NCBI GenBank assembly: GCA_963667175.2 | Contig: CAXXXF010000010.1 | Coordinates: 1-64,000, forward strand | Source of the DNA: Candidatus Latescibacterota bacterium | Lineage (GTDB): Bacteria; Latescibacterota; UBA2968; GCA-2709665 | Reading direction: 5' to 3' | Length of the DNA: 64,000 nt | Shown: positions 39,454-52,600 of the stretch, piece after piece | Layout: each line of letters begins with the position of its first letter | How positions within the stretch are numbered: the stretch's first letter is position 1 | The notes under the pieces: generated by a model | Told to the model about the DNA's origin: nothing | Database searches by the model: none | Seen by the model: the letters and a program-made list of their open reading frames with translations, nothing else | Position numbers and translations under genes: made by a program

Positions 39454-39732
39454 GGGTTACGTTTGCAATTGTGAACCTGAGGAATCTCTGATGAAGCTGT
39501 CGGTTGTCTCTGCTGGAAAGAAGAGTTATCATTGAGAGGGACGGCAAGGTGAATTCATTCTCGGGACGCCACACTCAATCACCGAATGTAACGGATTTTC
39601 CGCCATATTGCAATGACAAAAAATCACGCCTTCGTGCCCTGTTTCGCCCTTTTTCTTGGCGAAACAAGAAAAAGGGCAAAGAGACAAGGGAAGTATGGGT
39701 ATGGGGAGATTCTAAGATAGAATAGTCCTGAA

Positions 39733-39770
39733 CATACGACGGGCTCCGGTTTTTCCGGAGCCCGTCGTAT
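39733..39770. terminator. Hairpin downstream of tonB
   Basis: ATACGACGGGCTCCGG-loop-CCGGAGCCCGTCGTAT. Confidence 0.6.
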
Positions 39771-39795
39771 GTTCGGATCGGCGGACGCGCCGCTC

Positions 39796-40566
39796 TCATT
39801 CCTCAAGCTTGAAGTGTATCGGAATCACGAGCCACACCTTGACGGGCCGATCGCTCTGGCGCGCCGGCTCGAAACGGAACTTGCCAACGGCTTCTTTGGC
39901 CGAATTCCGGAAGATCTGCTCCCCTTTCAAGACCTGGATCGACTCCGCCTTGCCGTCCTTGCCAAGAAGCACTTTCAACATCACCGATCCTTGCAGGCCG
40001 GCACGCAGCGCAAACTCCGGATATACAGGGATCGCCCGCCTGATCAGCCTGGGCTTCTGCTCCACCTTCCAGACTTCCAGGATTTCCTCCTCTTCGATGA
40101 GAATGGCTTCATTCTCTGCCGTCGGAGGCGGCGGCAGATCCACCGGGACGTCTTCCAATTCGAGATCGGTCGTCTCGATGGTCACGTCGTCCGGTACGTC
40201 TTCGCTTTCCGTCTCAATCGGGATAGCCGGACGGGGCGGCGGCGGCGGACGCGTGAGCTGCCGGGTCTCCGGAAGGTCCTCGACCTGAATCACGATCTGT
40301 TCCTGTCTGGCAGTTGTGGCCTGAATGTCCAGGGTTGGAAACAGAACGGCAATTCCGGCATGAATCGCCGCGGACAACACAAAGGAAAAGCCCAGAACCT
40401 GCCGATATCGTCGCTTCAGATCCGCCTCCGGTTCCTTTTCCCGCTTTTCCACCTGGATCCCGGTTCTCCGGTCCGCCAGAAGCAACTGAAAACGCTTGCG
40501 TTTATCCCGCTGGGCAGCCAGAGTCGACAGGATGGATCCGTCGAACCGATGCAGCACGAACTTCAT
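39796..40566 (-). CDS. tonB: Energy transducer TonB
   Basis: TM with S…H motif, Pro-rich linker, YPEFA…G.V, F.PARQ..RPV C-terminal domain. Confidence 0.88.
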   Translation of the reverse strand: MKFVLHRFDGSILSTLAAQRDKRKRFQLLLADRRTGIQVEKREKEPEADLKRRYRQVLGFSFVLSAAIHAGIAVLFPTLDIQATTARQEQIVIQVEDLPETRQLTRPPPPPRPAIPIETESEDVPDDVTIETTDLELEDVPVDLPPPPTAENEAILIEEEEILEVWKVEQKPRLIRRAIPVYPEFALRAGLQGSVMLKVLLGKDGKAESIQVLKGEQIFRNSAKEAVGKFRFEPARQSDRPVKVWLVIPIHFKLEE

Positions 40567-40931
40567 CTCTCCCCCCTCAAGGTATTTCCTCTTTCAACGG
40601 TAAAAGCGATTAGAATCACAACGTATATCTATCGTGTTACGGATCGGTTACGTGAAGGTTGTGAATCTGTGACCTGTGGAGACGAACCGACGACGAGGCG
40701 TGGTTCCTTCAATGCATTTCGACTTCGCAACTCGCTTCTTCGTTCCAAAAATCCGACGTTGAGTCTGAAAGCGGACGAGGCGAAGCATTCCGGGCGCCGG
40801 CCGACGAAGAGCAGATCCTCGGAACCTGCCCCCGGCTTATTTTCGTTTTAATTGACGGCCCTCGACCTTATACTTCTAACACTATACCTGTACCAATACC
40901 TGGCATCGATGATTATCCGGAGGCGAAGGCC

Positions 40932-44011
<3,080 letters not shown>

Positions 44012-44091
44012 ATTGCGGCCGGTAACCTGCACAGACGGCAAACACCTGTTCACGATCGGGGTCGAACAGGCCAGGGAGGATCCTGTTTGCG

Positions 44092-45843
44092 ATGGCAAAG
44101 AGAATATCTCGCAGGAATGGACCGACCCGGGACAACGAATCCGCCGGCGTCGCGGAAATCTGTAAGGCGGCGCGCGAGGGCGACGTGGACCGCGTCCGGT
44201 CCATCCTGGAGAAGAAACCCGAGCTTGCGCGTCGGGACGGTCCACAGGGCTATCAGGCCATCCACCTTGCGGCGAGGGAGGGGCGCCTGGAGGTGGTCAG
44301 GCTGCTCCTGGCGGCCGGGGCCAGCCCGACCCGGATGACCTACCGGGAGCGCGTGTCGGCGATTGAGATGGCCCGGCGCCACGGACATGCCGAAGTGGCC
44401 GACGTGATGGAGGCGTGGCGGTCCCGGCACTCGGGAGAGACGGAATCGGGAATCCTCCTTTGCCAGGCCGCCGGCAGGCGGGACGTCGATGCGATGCGGG
44501 AACTGCTTGACGCCGACCCGCCCGGGATACACTCGGTCGACAGGAGCGGGGATACGGCGCTCCATGTGGCCGTGGAGAACCACCACGTGGACGGGGTCGT
44601 AGAGTTGCTGGATCGAGGCGCCGACCCGAATCGGGCGAACGCGCGCGGGAAGAAGCCCATCCACCTTGCGCTCGGACCGCGGCCCAAACGCGGATGGGAC
44701 CCGCCGCCGAGCCCCCTGTGGCCGGTAATCGGCGGAATTCTGCTGGGACACGGCGCCGAATACGACCTGTGGATTGCCTGCGCCATCGGCGACGTCGACG
44801 GGGCGCGGAGGATCCTGGATGCCGATCCAGATTCCGTGAACGACTGGGCCCGGAACTATCCCGGGATGGACGCGTATCCGATCTCGATTGCCGCCGACAA
44901 GGGACACCGCGAGGTGGTGCGCCTCCTCCTGGAACGGGGCGCCGATCCGGACACGCCGTATGACAAGCACGAAGGATACCCCGTGGCCGAGCGAGGCGCG
45001 CCATTGCACGCGGCGGCCCTCAACGACGATCTGGAGATGGCAACGCTGCTGCTGGAACACGGGGCATCGGCGCATACCGTAATGGATGCATCCGGCAACG
45101 CCCTGAACTGGGCGATCGCGAACGGGAACGACGCGTTGGAAAAACTGCTCTTGCGACATGGTGCGTTCCCAGGGTTCGACGACGAGGCATCTCCTGGATT
45201 CTACGCCGCGAACAGCGATAATATCTCCGTCGACGCCGCGCTCGTCAACTCCGATCCATCGTGTGCGAAGGAGGTCCTGAAGGGCGCCGTCCATGGCGGG
45301 CATCCGGACCTCGTGGCAGTCTGCCTCTCGCAGAATCCGGATTTTTCCGAGCCCGAAATGCACGACGTGATGTGCCTGGCCATGCGCATGTGGCGGCTGC
45401 GGTGCCCGGGCAATCCTGGAGGTGCCCGGGCCGAGCACTTCTACACCTGCTTCGAGCTTCTCCTGGATCACGGATTCGACCCGAACGCCCGCGAGAAGAA
45501 GGACGGCCTCACGCCGCTACACTGGACCGCGGAGATCACCTGGCACGTCAGTGAGCAGGATCGAATCGTGTTCGCGGAAAAGCTGATCGACCGCGGCGCG
45601 GAGCTGAACGTGCTGGGCGGAGAAAGACGATCGTCGCCGCTCGCAATGGCGGTGCGTTTCGAGTGGCCCGAACTCGCCGGGTTCATGCTGGAGAAGGGCG
45701 CCGACCCGAATCTGGCGGGCGCCCCCTGGGCGACGCCTCTGGCCTGGAGCGAAAACCCGCAGGGCTACAAAGAATATGCTCGACTCGACACGGAGATAAC
45801 AGACCTGGGCGCACTGCTCAGGCGATACGGCGCGAAGGAATAG
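44092..45843 (+). CDS. Ankyrin repeat protein
   Basis: Many G.T(A/P)LH.A…LL..GADPN units. Confidence 0.92.
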   Translation: MAKRISRRNGPTRDNESAGVAEICKAAREGDVDRVRSILEKKPELARRDGPQGYQAIHLAAREGRLEVVRLLLAAGASPTRMTYRERVSAIEMARRHGHAEVADVMEAWRSRHSGETESGILLCQAAGRRDVDAMRELLDADPPGIHSVDRSGDTALHVAVENHHVDGVVELLDRGADPNRANARGKKPIHLALGPRPKRGWDPPPSPLWPVIGGILLGHGAEYDLWIACAIGDVDGARRILDADPDSVNDWARNYPGMDAYPISIAADKGHREVVRLLLERGADPDTPYDKHEGYPVAERGAPLHAAALNDDLEMATLLLEHGASAHTVMDASGNALNWAIANGNDALEKLLLRHGAFPGFDDEASPGFYAANSDNISVDAALVNSDPSCAKEVLKGAVHGGHPDLVAVCLSQNPDFSEPEMHDVMCLAMRMWRLRCPGNPGGARAEHFYTCFELLLDHGFDPNAREKKDGLTPLHWTAEITWHVSEQDRIVFAEKLIDRGAELNVLGGERRSSPLAMAVRFEWPELAGFMLEKGADPNLAGAPWATPLAWSENPQGYKEYARLDTEITDLGALLRRYGAKE

Positions 45844-45897
45844 ACCGGAGCCGGCGGACACGCAGTCGTCGGCCGAATAGAGCGAAAGGATTAACGC

Positions 45898-46707
45898 ATG
45901 ATCTACCAGCTCAGGATCACCATGCAGGACATCAAGCCGCCGATATGGCGCCGCGTCCTCGTTGACGGCGAGAGTTCGCTGGGCGACCTCCATTTGATTT
46001 TTCAAATCGCGATGGGGTGGACAAATTCCCATCTCCACGAGTTTCGCATCGGCAACTCCCGCTACGGAACGTGCGACCCGGCGTTGGACGATTTCGACGA
46101 AGACGTGCAGGACGAAGATCTGATCACGCTCGAGCAGGCGGCGCCGTTCGTCGGCGTTGAGTTTCTCTACGAATACGATTTCGGAGACAGCTGGGTTCAT
46201 CTGGTGAAAGTCGAGGCAATCACCGAACCCGAGTCGAAAGCGTTCAAGCCCGCGTGTCTCGCGGGTGAGCGGTCGTGTCCGCCCGAGAACGTCGGCGGAA
46301 TCACGGGATACGCGGAATTCCTGGAGGCCCTGGCGGACGGCGACCATCCGGAGTATTCCTCGATCATCGAATGGATTGGCGGCGAATTCGACCCTGAGCA
46401 CTACCCGATCGCCCTTGTCAATGAAATCCTCTCCCGATTCGAATTGGACGCGCTCTTCGATACCATGGAGGAGGTCTCCTATACCTATCGGCAGGGACAA
46501 TACCTTTCGTACATCCATTACTACACGAAGGTGAACGGCATCCCGCCGGCCCATGCCGACATTCAGCGCTACTTTGGCGTCACGCCGCCAACCGTAAACA
46601 GCATGCTCAAACGACTGGATGAGGCGGGCCTTATCGCGAGAATCCCTCGTCAGGCTCGCTCGATAAGGGTTCTCCTGCACCCGGAGGACATTCCGGAACT
46701 GGATTAG
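45898..46707 (+). CDS. pRiA4b ORF-3 family protein fused to a LexA/MarR-like winged HTH
   Basis: PPIWRR, LH..FQIAMGW…HLHEF, YEYDFGDSW and CPPE..GG motifs, then RQGQYL.YI…PP..ADIQRYF.VTPPTV. Confidence 0.85.
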   Translation: MIYQLRITMQDIKPPIWRRVLVDGESSLGDLHLIFQIAMGWTNSHLHEFRIGNSRYGTCDPALDDFDEDVQDEDLITLEQAAPFVGVEFLYEYDFGDSWVHLVKVEAITEPESKAFKPACLAGERSCPPENVGGITGYAEFLEALADGDHPEYSSIIEWIGGEFDPEHYPIALVNEILSRFELDALFDTMEEVSYTYRQGQYLSYIHYYTKVNGIPPAHADIQRYFGVTPPTVNSMLKRLDEAGLIARIPRQARSIRVLLHPEDIPELD

Positions 46708-46759
46708 CGTCGAGCAGCTGACGAACACATTCTGCAATTGAGAATCGGGATAATGATCG

Positions 46760-47596
46760 ATGACGACGCTCAGCGGGATAGACGTCGAAGCGTTCCGTGA
46801 ACTGGGGTACCACGTGGCGCGGGGCGTATTCGGGCGGGATGAGATCGCACGACTGCGCGAGGGTTACGACTACATCCTCGACCTGGCGACCAGGACGGAC
46901 CTGCCGGATGAAGTCCTCAACGGCAGACGGCGCGACGTGCATATTCACCTGCAGACACCCCGCCCGATGGCCGGCCCGGACGCGGTACGATATCTGCGCA
47001 AGGTCCAATGGCCCGCGCTGATTCATCCGGCGTTCGAGGAGATCCGCAACAGTCCGAATTTTCCCGCACTCCTGGCGCCGCTGATCGGCACGACGTTGAA
47101 GCAGTTTATCAATCAGATCAACTTCAAGATGCCGGGCGGGAACATCGAATTCCCGTGGCACCAGGACGTCCGTCCCACGCCCGCGTTTCGCGATCAGGTA
47201 AACAATTACGTGCAGACGATCGTCGTGGTGGACGAGGCGACCGTCGCGAGCGGATGTCTGTACGTCGTCCCGGGCAGCCATAAGCTGGGAAACCTGAAGG
47301 TGAAACGGTACGCGAAAGGAAGCGTCGAGTCGCAATTGGACGTCTCCTCCGCGGCGCCCTGCGAGGCCCTGCCGGGCGACGTGCTGATGTTCACGTCGTA
47401 CACGGTCCACGGATCGTCGCCGAATATGACGGACCGGCCCCGGAGATCGTACATCAACGGATTCGTCCGCGCATCCGCTTGCGACGTAGGGCGATGGGCG
47501 TTCCTGGACGGGAAGCCCGTGCCCATCACGAGCGACTACGACCACCACGCGATACGGTACAGACCAACAACTGCTACAGGAGGAAGGGCACGTTGA
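46760..47596 (+). CDS. Phytanoyl-CoA dioxygenase (PhyH) family Fe(II)/2OG enzyme
   Basis: PWHQD, GCLYVVPGSH and HGSSPN…RR motifs. Confidence 0.9.
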   Translation: MTTLSGIDVEAFRELGYHVARGVFGRDEIARLREGYDYILDLATRTDLPDEVLNGRRRDVHIHLQTPRPMAGPDAVRYLRKVQWPALIHPAFEEIRNSPNFPALLAPLIGTTLKQFINQINFKMPGGNIEFPWHQDVRPTPAFRDQVNNYVQTIVVVDEATVASGCLYVVPGSHKLGNLKVKRYAKGSVESQLDVSSAAPCEALPGDVLMFTSYTVHGSSPNMTDRPRRSYINGFVRASACDVGRWAFLDGKPVPITSDYDHHAIRYRPTTATGGRAR

Positions 47597-47600
47597 AGAG

Positions 47601-48344
47601 ATGCAAAGCCACGATTTCGACCGATTGACACGACGTCTGGAGGCGCTGGATCTGGTGGATATGGAGATGGAGACGGCCGGATACGCGGACGACTATCCCA
47701 TCTATTGCATCCGATTGGGCGGCGACCCGGCTGGCAGGAAACGGGTGCTTCTCTCCGGCGGAGTCCACGGTGACGAACCTGCGGGACCGGAGTCGGTCCT
47801 TGCATTCCTCGAGCGAGATCCGGTAGACCTGCTGGAGGATTTCGTATTCCTGATTCTGCCGTGTGTCAATCCCTGGGGGTACGTCAATAACAAGCGGGAA
47901 AACAGCAGGGGTCAGGATATCAACCGATCGTTCTCCGAGTCCGGTGTTTCCGAAGGCGAAATCGGCCGGCGAACGTTGAAGGGAGAGCGGTTCGACCTTT
48001 ACGTGGATCTTCACGAAGACTGGGAGGCCGCCGGTTTCTACATGTACGAAGTCAGGCGCGATGGACAATACGCGGGGCCGGACGTCGTTCGCAAGGTCGA
48101 GAAGGTGGGCCCCATCGATCCGGATTCAGAGGACGACAATGACATCCCGGTTTCCCGCGGAGTCTACAAAGTCGATCCCGCGTGGGGGATCGGCGGGATC
48201 GTCCCGTACGTATATCATTATCATGCGGACCACGCGCTCATCTTCGAGACGCCCACGGGCTGGCCGATGGCGCAGCGAACCGCGGCGCATCTCGCCGGCC
48301 TCGATTCCGTCCTCGAATGGACCCTCGACAATCCCGCCGGCTGA
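47601..48344 (+). CDS. M14 family metallocarboxypeptidase (succinylglutamate desuccinylase-like)
   Basis: GGVHGDEPAG, NPWG…REN..GQDINR, DLHED and FETP motifs. Confidence 0.88.
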   Translation: MQSHDFDRLTRRLEALDLVDMEMETAGYADDYPIYCIRLGGDPAGRKRVLLSGGVHGDEPAGPESVLAFLERDPVDLLEDFVFLILPCVNPWGYVNNKRENSRGQDINRSFSESGVSEGEIGRRTLKGERFDLYVDLHEDWEAAGFYMYEVRRDGQYAGPDVVRKVEKVGPIDPDSEDDNDIPVSRGVYKVDPAWGIGGIVPYVYHYHADHALIFETPTGWPMAQRTAAHLAGLDSVLEWTLDNPAG

Positions 48345-48377
48345 TGCCGATCCCTCGCAATTGCCCTCGATGATCCC

Positions 48378-49094
48378 ATGTCCGACCGCACGCCCACGTG
48401 GATCTTCTTCGACTGCTTCAATACCCTTCTCGATGATTTCGACGAAACCGGAGACGAGTCCGGATTGAGTTCGATTCTCGACCTGCCGGTCCGGGAGGGA
48501 TACTTCGCCACAACGCACGACTTCGTGAACGCGTATTCGCGCTGGCGGCACAACCGGTTGACCGGCGAATCGCGGGAGGTGTTGCTTGCGGATCGTCTGA
48601 CTGAGGTGCTCGCGGCTTCGGGAAAGACCGGTCGAGTGTCCGTACACCGGCTCGTTCAGGAAATGGTCGATGAATTCGAGAGGTCCTATCCGAAGCAGGT
48701 CCGTCGAACCCCGGGCGTCGCGGGCATGCTGGCGTCGTGGCGCGGCAGGGTTCGAATGGGCGTCGTCTCGAATTTCTACCTGACCGGTTGGCCGGAGCGA
48801 CTCCTGGCGGCTCACGGACTGTCGCGTTATTTCGAATTCGTCATCGACAGCGCGGCGATCGGATTCAGAAAACCGGGTTCTGAAATCTATCGCGAAGCCC
48901 TCCGCCAGGCCGGCCTCAGTGTTGACCAGGCAGGCGACGTCCTGTTCATCGGGGACAATCTGCGCAACGACGTTTTGGCACCGAAGTCGACGGGCATGGA
49001 CGCGATCTTTTTCGATCGGTCTCACGACCGGCCTACGGCGAACCCCCAGACCTGGCCTGACTCGATCACCCGCTGGGACGAATTCAGGCCGTGA
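48378..49094 (+). CDS. HAD family hydrolase
   Basis: FDCFNTL, VVSN, RKP and IGDN..ND motifs. Confidence 0.88.
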   Translation: MSDRTPTWIFFDCFNTLLDDFDETGDESGLSSILDLPVREGYFATTHDFVNAYSRWRHNRLTGESREVLLADRLTEVLAASGKTGRVSVHRLVQEMVDEFERSYPKQVRRTPGVAGMLASWRGRVRMGVVSNFYLTGWPERLLAAHGLSRYFEFVIDSAAIGFRKPGSEIYREALRQAGLSVDQAGDVLFIGDNLRNDVLAPKSTGMDAIFFDRSHDRPTANPQTWPDSITRWDEFRP

Positions 49095-49096
49095 GC

Positions 49097-49545
49097 AGGG
49101 GCAGGTTTGAAACCTGCCCCTACGATAATCAAAGACGCGATGAATTGATTTCGTCAGCCGATTGCGGCCGATGGCTGATCCCCGTCTTCTGCCTCACCTG
49201 GGAACGAGGGCATCTTGCCCTCGTTGGCTTTGATTTGACCTGTAGGGGCCTGCCTGCTGCAGGCAGGCAATCCTTGTGGTTGCCCGCCTTCCCCTTCGTC
49301 ATTTCAATCGGGCGGTTCCCGAACCGCCCCTACAAGAAACAGGCGTCCGGGAATTCGTGCCGCCGGTCCCAATCGCAAACGGTATTGGCAGACGGTTGAT
49401 AGCTGACGCCAGGTTTTCCTCCCCCTTTCCCCCCGGGAGAGGGGGCCTGCCTGCCGAGCAGAACTCGGCGCAGGCAGGCCGGGGGGAGAGGTTTGCGGGG
49501 CGGAGGGTGGTCCGCTGACGGCTGAGAGCCGACCGCTGATCGCTG
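49097..49545. repeat. Composite intergenic cluster of several palindromic and short-period repeat families, including CCTGCCTG hairpins at 49249-49267 and 49446-49478
   Basis: REPs at 49097, 49241 and 49310; palindrome at 49197; CCCC..GGGAGAGGGG element at about 49420-49491; GCTGA heptamer-like tracts. Confidence 0.8.
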
Positions 49546-49654
49546 CCTTGCATTTGAGGTTGTCGTTCATTATATTAGTGAACGGATGTTCCCCTTTCCA
49601 TCGTGGTCAACTCATCTCGTCGCCGCGTCGACGGACACCGGATGAGGAACGCGC

Positions 49655-52600
49655 ATGTCTGTAGAAAACTTCCATCCCGCTGTCGGGCAGTGGTTTAACC
49701 AGAATTTCAGCGGTCCGTCCGAAATCCAGTCGCTGGCCTGGCCTGAAATAGGAAACAGGCGGGACGTCCTGTTGTCCGCGCCGACCGGATCCGGGAAAAC
49801 GCTCGCGGCATTTCTGGCGGTCCTGAACGACCTCTTCGAGCGCTGCCTGGACGGCACGCTGGAGGACCGGACCCAGGTCGTCTACGTGTCGCCGCTGAAA
49901 GCGCTCAGCAACGATATCCATCGCAATCTGCAGCTTCCGCTCAAGGGCATAAAGGCGCTCCTGGAGCAGAACGGCTGTCCCGACGTCGACGTGCGGGCGA
50001 TGGTCCGAACCGGAGACACCCCGAGCGCCGAGCGGGCGAAGATGGTCAGGACGCCGCCCCACGTTCTGGTGACCACGCCGGAGTCCCTCTACCTTCTCCT
50101 CACAAGCAACGGCGGGCGTGAAATGCTCAGCGACGCGGGCACCCTCATCGTCGACGAGATCCACGCCGTTGCCGGAAACAAACGCGGGGCCCACCTGTCC
50201 ATTTCGATGGAGCGTCTGGCGCGCCTGAGCCGGAACCCGCTGCACCGGATCGGCATCTCCGCCACCCAGAAGCCCATCGACCGGATGGCGCGTTATCTGA
50301 CCGGCGGCGCGGAATCCTGCGCGGTCCTCAATATCGGACATAAACGCGAGCTGGAACTCGAGATCGAACTGCCCGAATCCCCGCTCACCGCAGTGATGGC
50401 CAACGAGGTCTGGGAAGAAATCCATCAGTCCCTCGAGTCCACCATCGCACAGCACCAGACCACCCTGATCTTCGTGCCCACCCGCGCGATGACCGAACGC
50501 CTGTCGCATCACCTGTCCGAACGTCTGGGCCCCGAGGTCGTCTCCGCCCACCACGGGAGCATGTCCAGGGAAAAACGTCTCGACGCCGAAACGAGACTCA
50601 AGGCCGGCGCCCTCAGGGCCCTGGTGGCCACCGGATCTCTCGAGCTGGGCATCGACGTGGGGTCCATCGATCTGGTCGTCCAGATCGGATCCCCCAAGGC
50701 CATCGCCACGCTGCTCCAGCGCGTCGGCCGTTCCGGCCACACCCTCGAGGGCACGCCGAGGGGGAAGCTGGTTCCGCTCACCAGAGACGAACTGGTCGAA
50801 GCCGTGGCGCTGCTGGACAGCGTCCGCCGGGGCGAACTGGACAGCCTTCCCCTTCCCCGCAAGCCGCTGGACGTGCTTGCGCAGCAGGTCGTGGCGGAAG
50901 TCGCCTGCGAGGACAACACGGCGGACGCGCTCTACGACCTCGTCCGCAAGTCGTTCATCTATCGTGACCTGAGCCGGGAGGAGTTCAACGGCGTTATCCA
51001 GATGCTCGTTGACGGATTCACGTTCAGAAGAGGCACGAGACGGTCGTATCTCCACTTCAATCCCGTCACACAGACGTTGAGGGCCAAAAAAGGCGCCCGC
51101 CTCAACGCGACGGTCTCCGGAGGAACCATTCCCGACCAGTTCGACTACGACGTTCGGCTCGAACCCTCGGGAGTTCAGATCGGCTCGGTCCACGAGGATT
51201 TCGCCGTCGAGAGCCTTCCAGGGGACATCTTCCAGCTTGGCACGGCATCCTGGCGAATCCTCAAAGTGGAGACCGGCAAGGTTCGCGTCGAAGACGCCGA
51301 CGGCCTCCCCCCCACGATGCCGTTCTGGATCGGCGAAGCCCCGGGCAGGTCAGCGGAACTGTCAACCGCGGTTTCCCGAATCCGCGAGGAAGTGTCTGCG
51401 CGAATCGACCTCGATGAACTCGATGACGACGGGTCGGGCGAGTGGAAACGGGATGCCGCCGCATGGCTCACGGACGACGTCGGCACGACCTCGGAGGCAG
51501 CCGATCAGGTGGTCACGTACCTGGCGGCAACAAAGGCATCCCTGGACCTGGTCCCGTCCCAGAAACACATCGTTCTCGAGCGTTTCTTCGACGAAGTGGG
51601 CGACCAGCATCTCGTCATTCATTCGGTCTTCGGAAACCGGCTGAACCGGGCGTGGGGGCTCGCGCTTCGAAAACGGTTCTGCCGCAAGTTCAACTTCGAA
51701 CTCCAGGCGGCGGCCAATGAGGAGAGTCTCGTGCTCTCGCTCGGCCCCACGCACAGTTTCCCTCTCAAGGAAGTGGTCGACTATCTGAACGACCGGACGG
51801 TCCGCGAGGTGCTCGTGCAGGCCCTGCTGGACGCGCCCATGTTCCAGGCGCGATGGCGGTGGAACGCCTCCACCGCGCTGGCCGTGCTCAGACGAAGGGG
51901 CGGGGAACGGGTTCCGCCCCAGATCCAGCGTTCCGACGCCGAAGACCTGCTGGCGCTCATTTTTCCCGACCAGCTCGCCTGCCTGGAGAACATCCCGGGC
52001 GACCGCGAGGCGCCGGACCATCCCCTCGTCTATCAGACCATTCACGATTGTCTCCACGAGGCGATGGACGTGGACGCCCTGGAAGGCCTCCTCCAGCGGA
52101 TACACACCGGCGAAATCGACGTGTCGGCACGAGACCTGCGCGAACCTTCGCCGATGTCCGAAAGCATCCTCAACGCGCGGCCGTACGCGTTTCTGGACGA
52201 CGCCCCTCTGGAGGAAAGGCGGGTACAGGCGGTCAGGACGCGCAGAAGGCTGGAGCCCGAAGACGCCAGGAAGTTGGGCAAGCTCGAGAAGGGCGCTATC
52301 GAGGCGGTTCAGGCGGAGGCCTGGCCCGCGGTAACGGACGCCGACGAGTTGTACGACGTCCTGGTGATGCATGGGTTTCTGACCGATAGGGAAATATCGG
52401 AAGGCGGCGACCGAACGTGGCGCCCGTTCCTGTCGTCCCTGGTCGAATCGGGCCAGGCGGCGCCCGTCGAGCGCGCGAACGGCCCGAAACTCTGGATTGC
52501 CGTCGAACGGATTCCGCAATTAAAGGTCCTGTACGCGGAAGCCGTCAAAGGCAGCGAGACCGCGGTCCACGACTCCATCCGAGAGTTTTCGTCGGAAGAT

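Noticed and set aside
49607-51193. Long antisense ORFs (also 44050-45471, 13739-15067, 15568-16818, 39769-40851)
   Set aside because: Shadow frames of well-supported genes in high-GC DNA, with no motifs.
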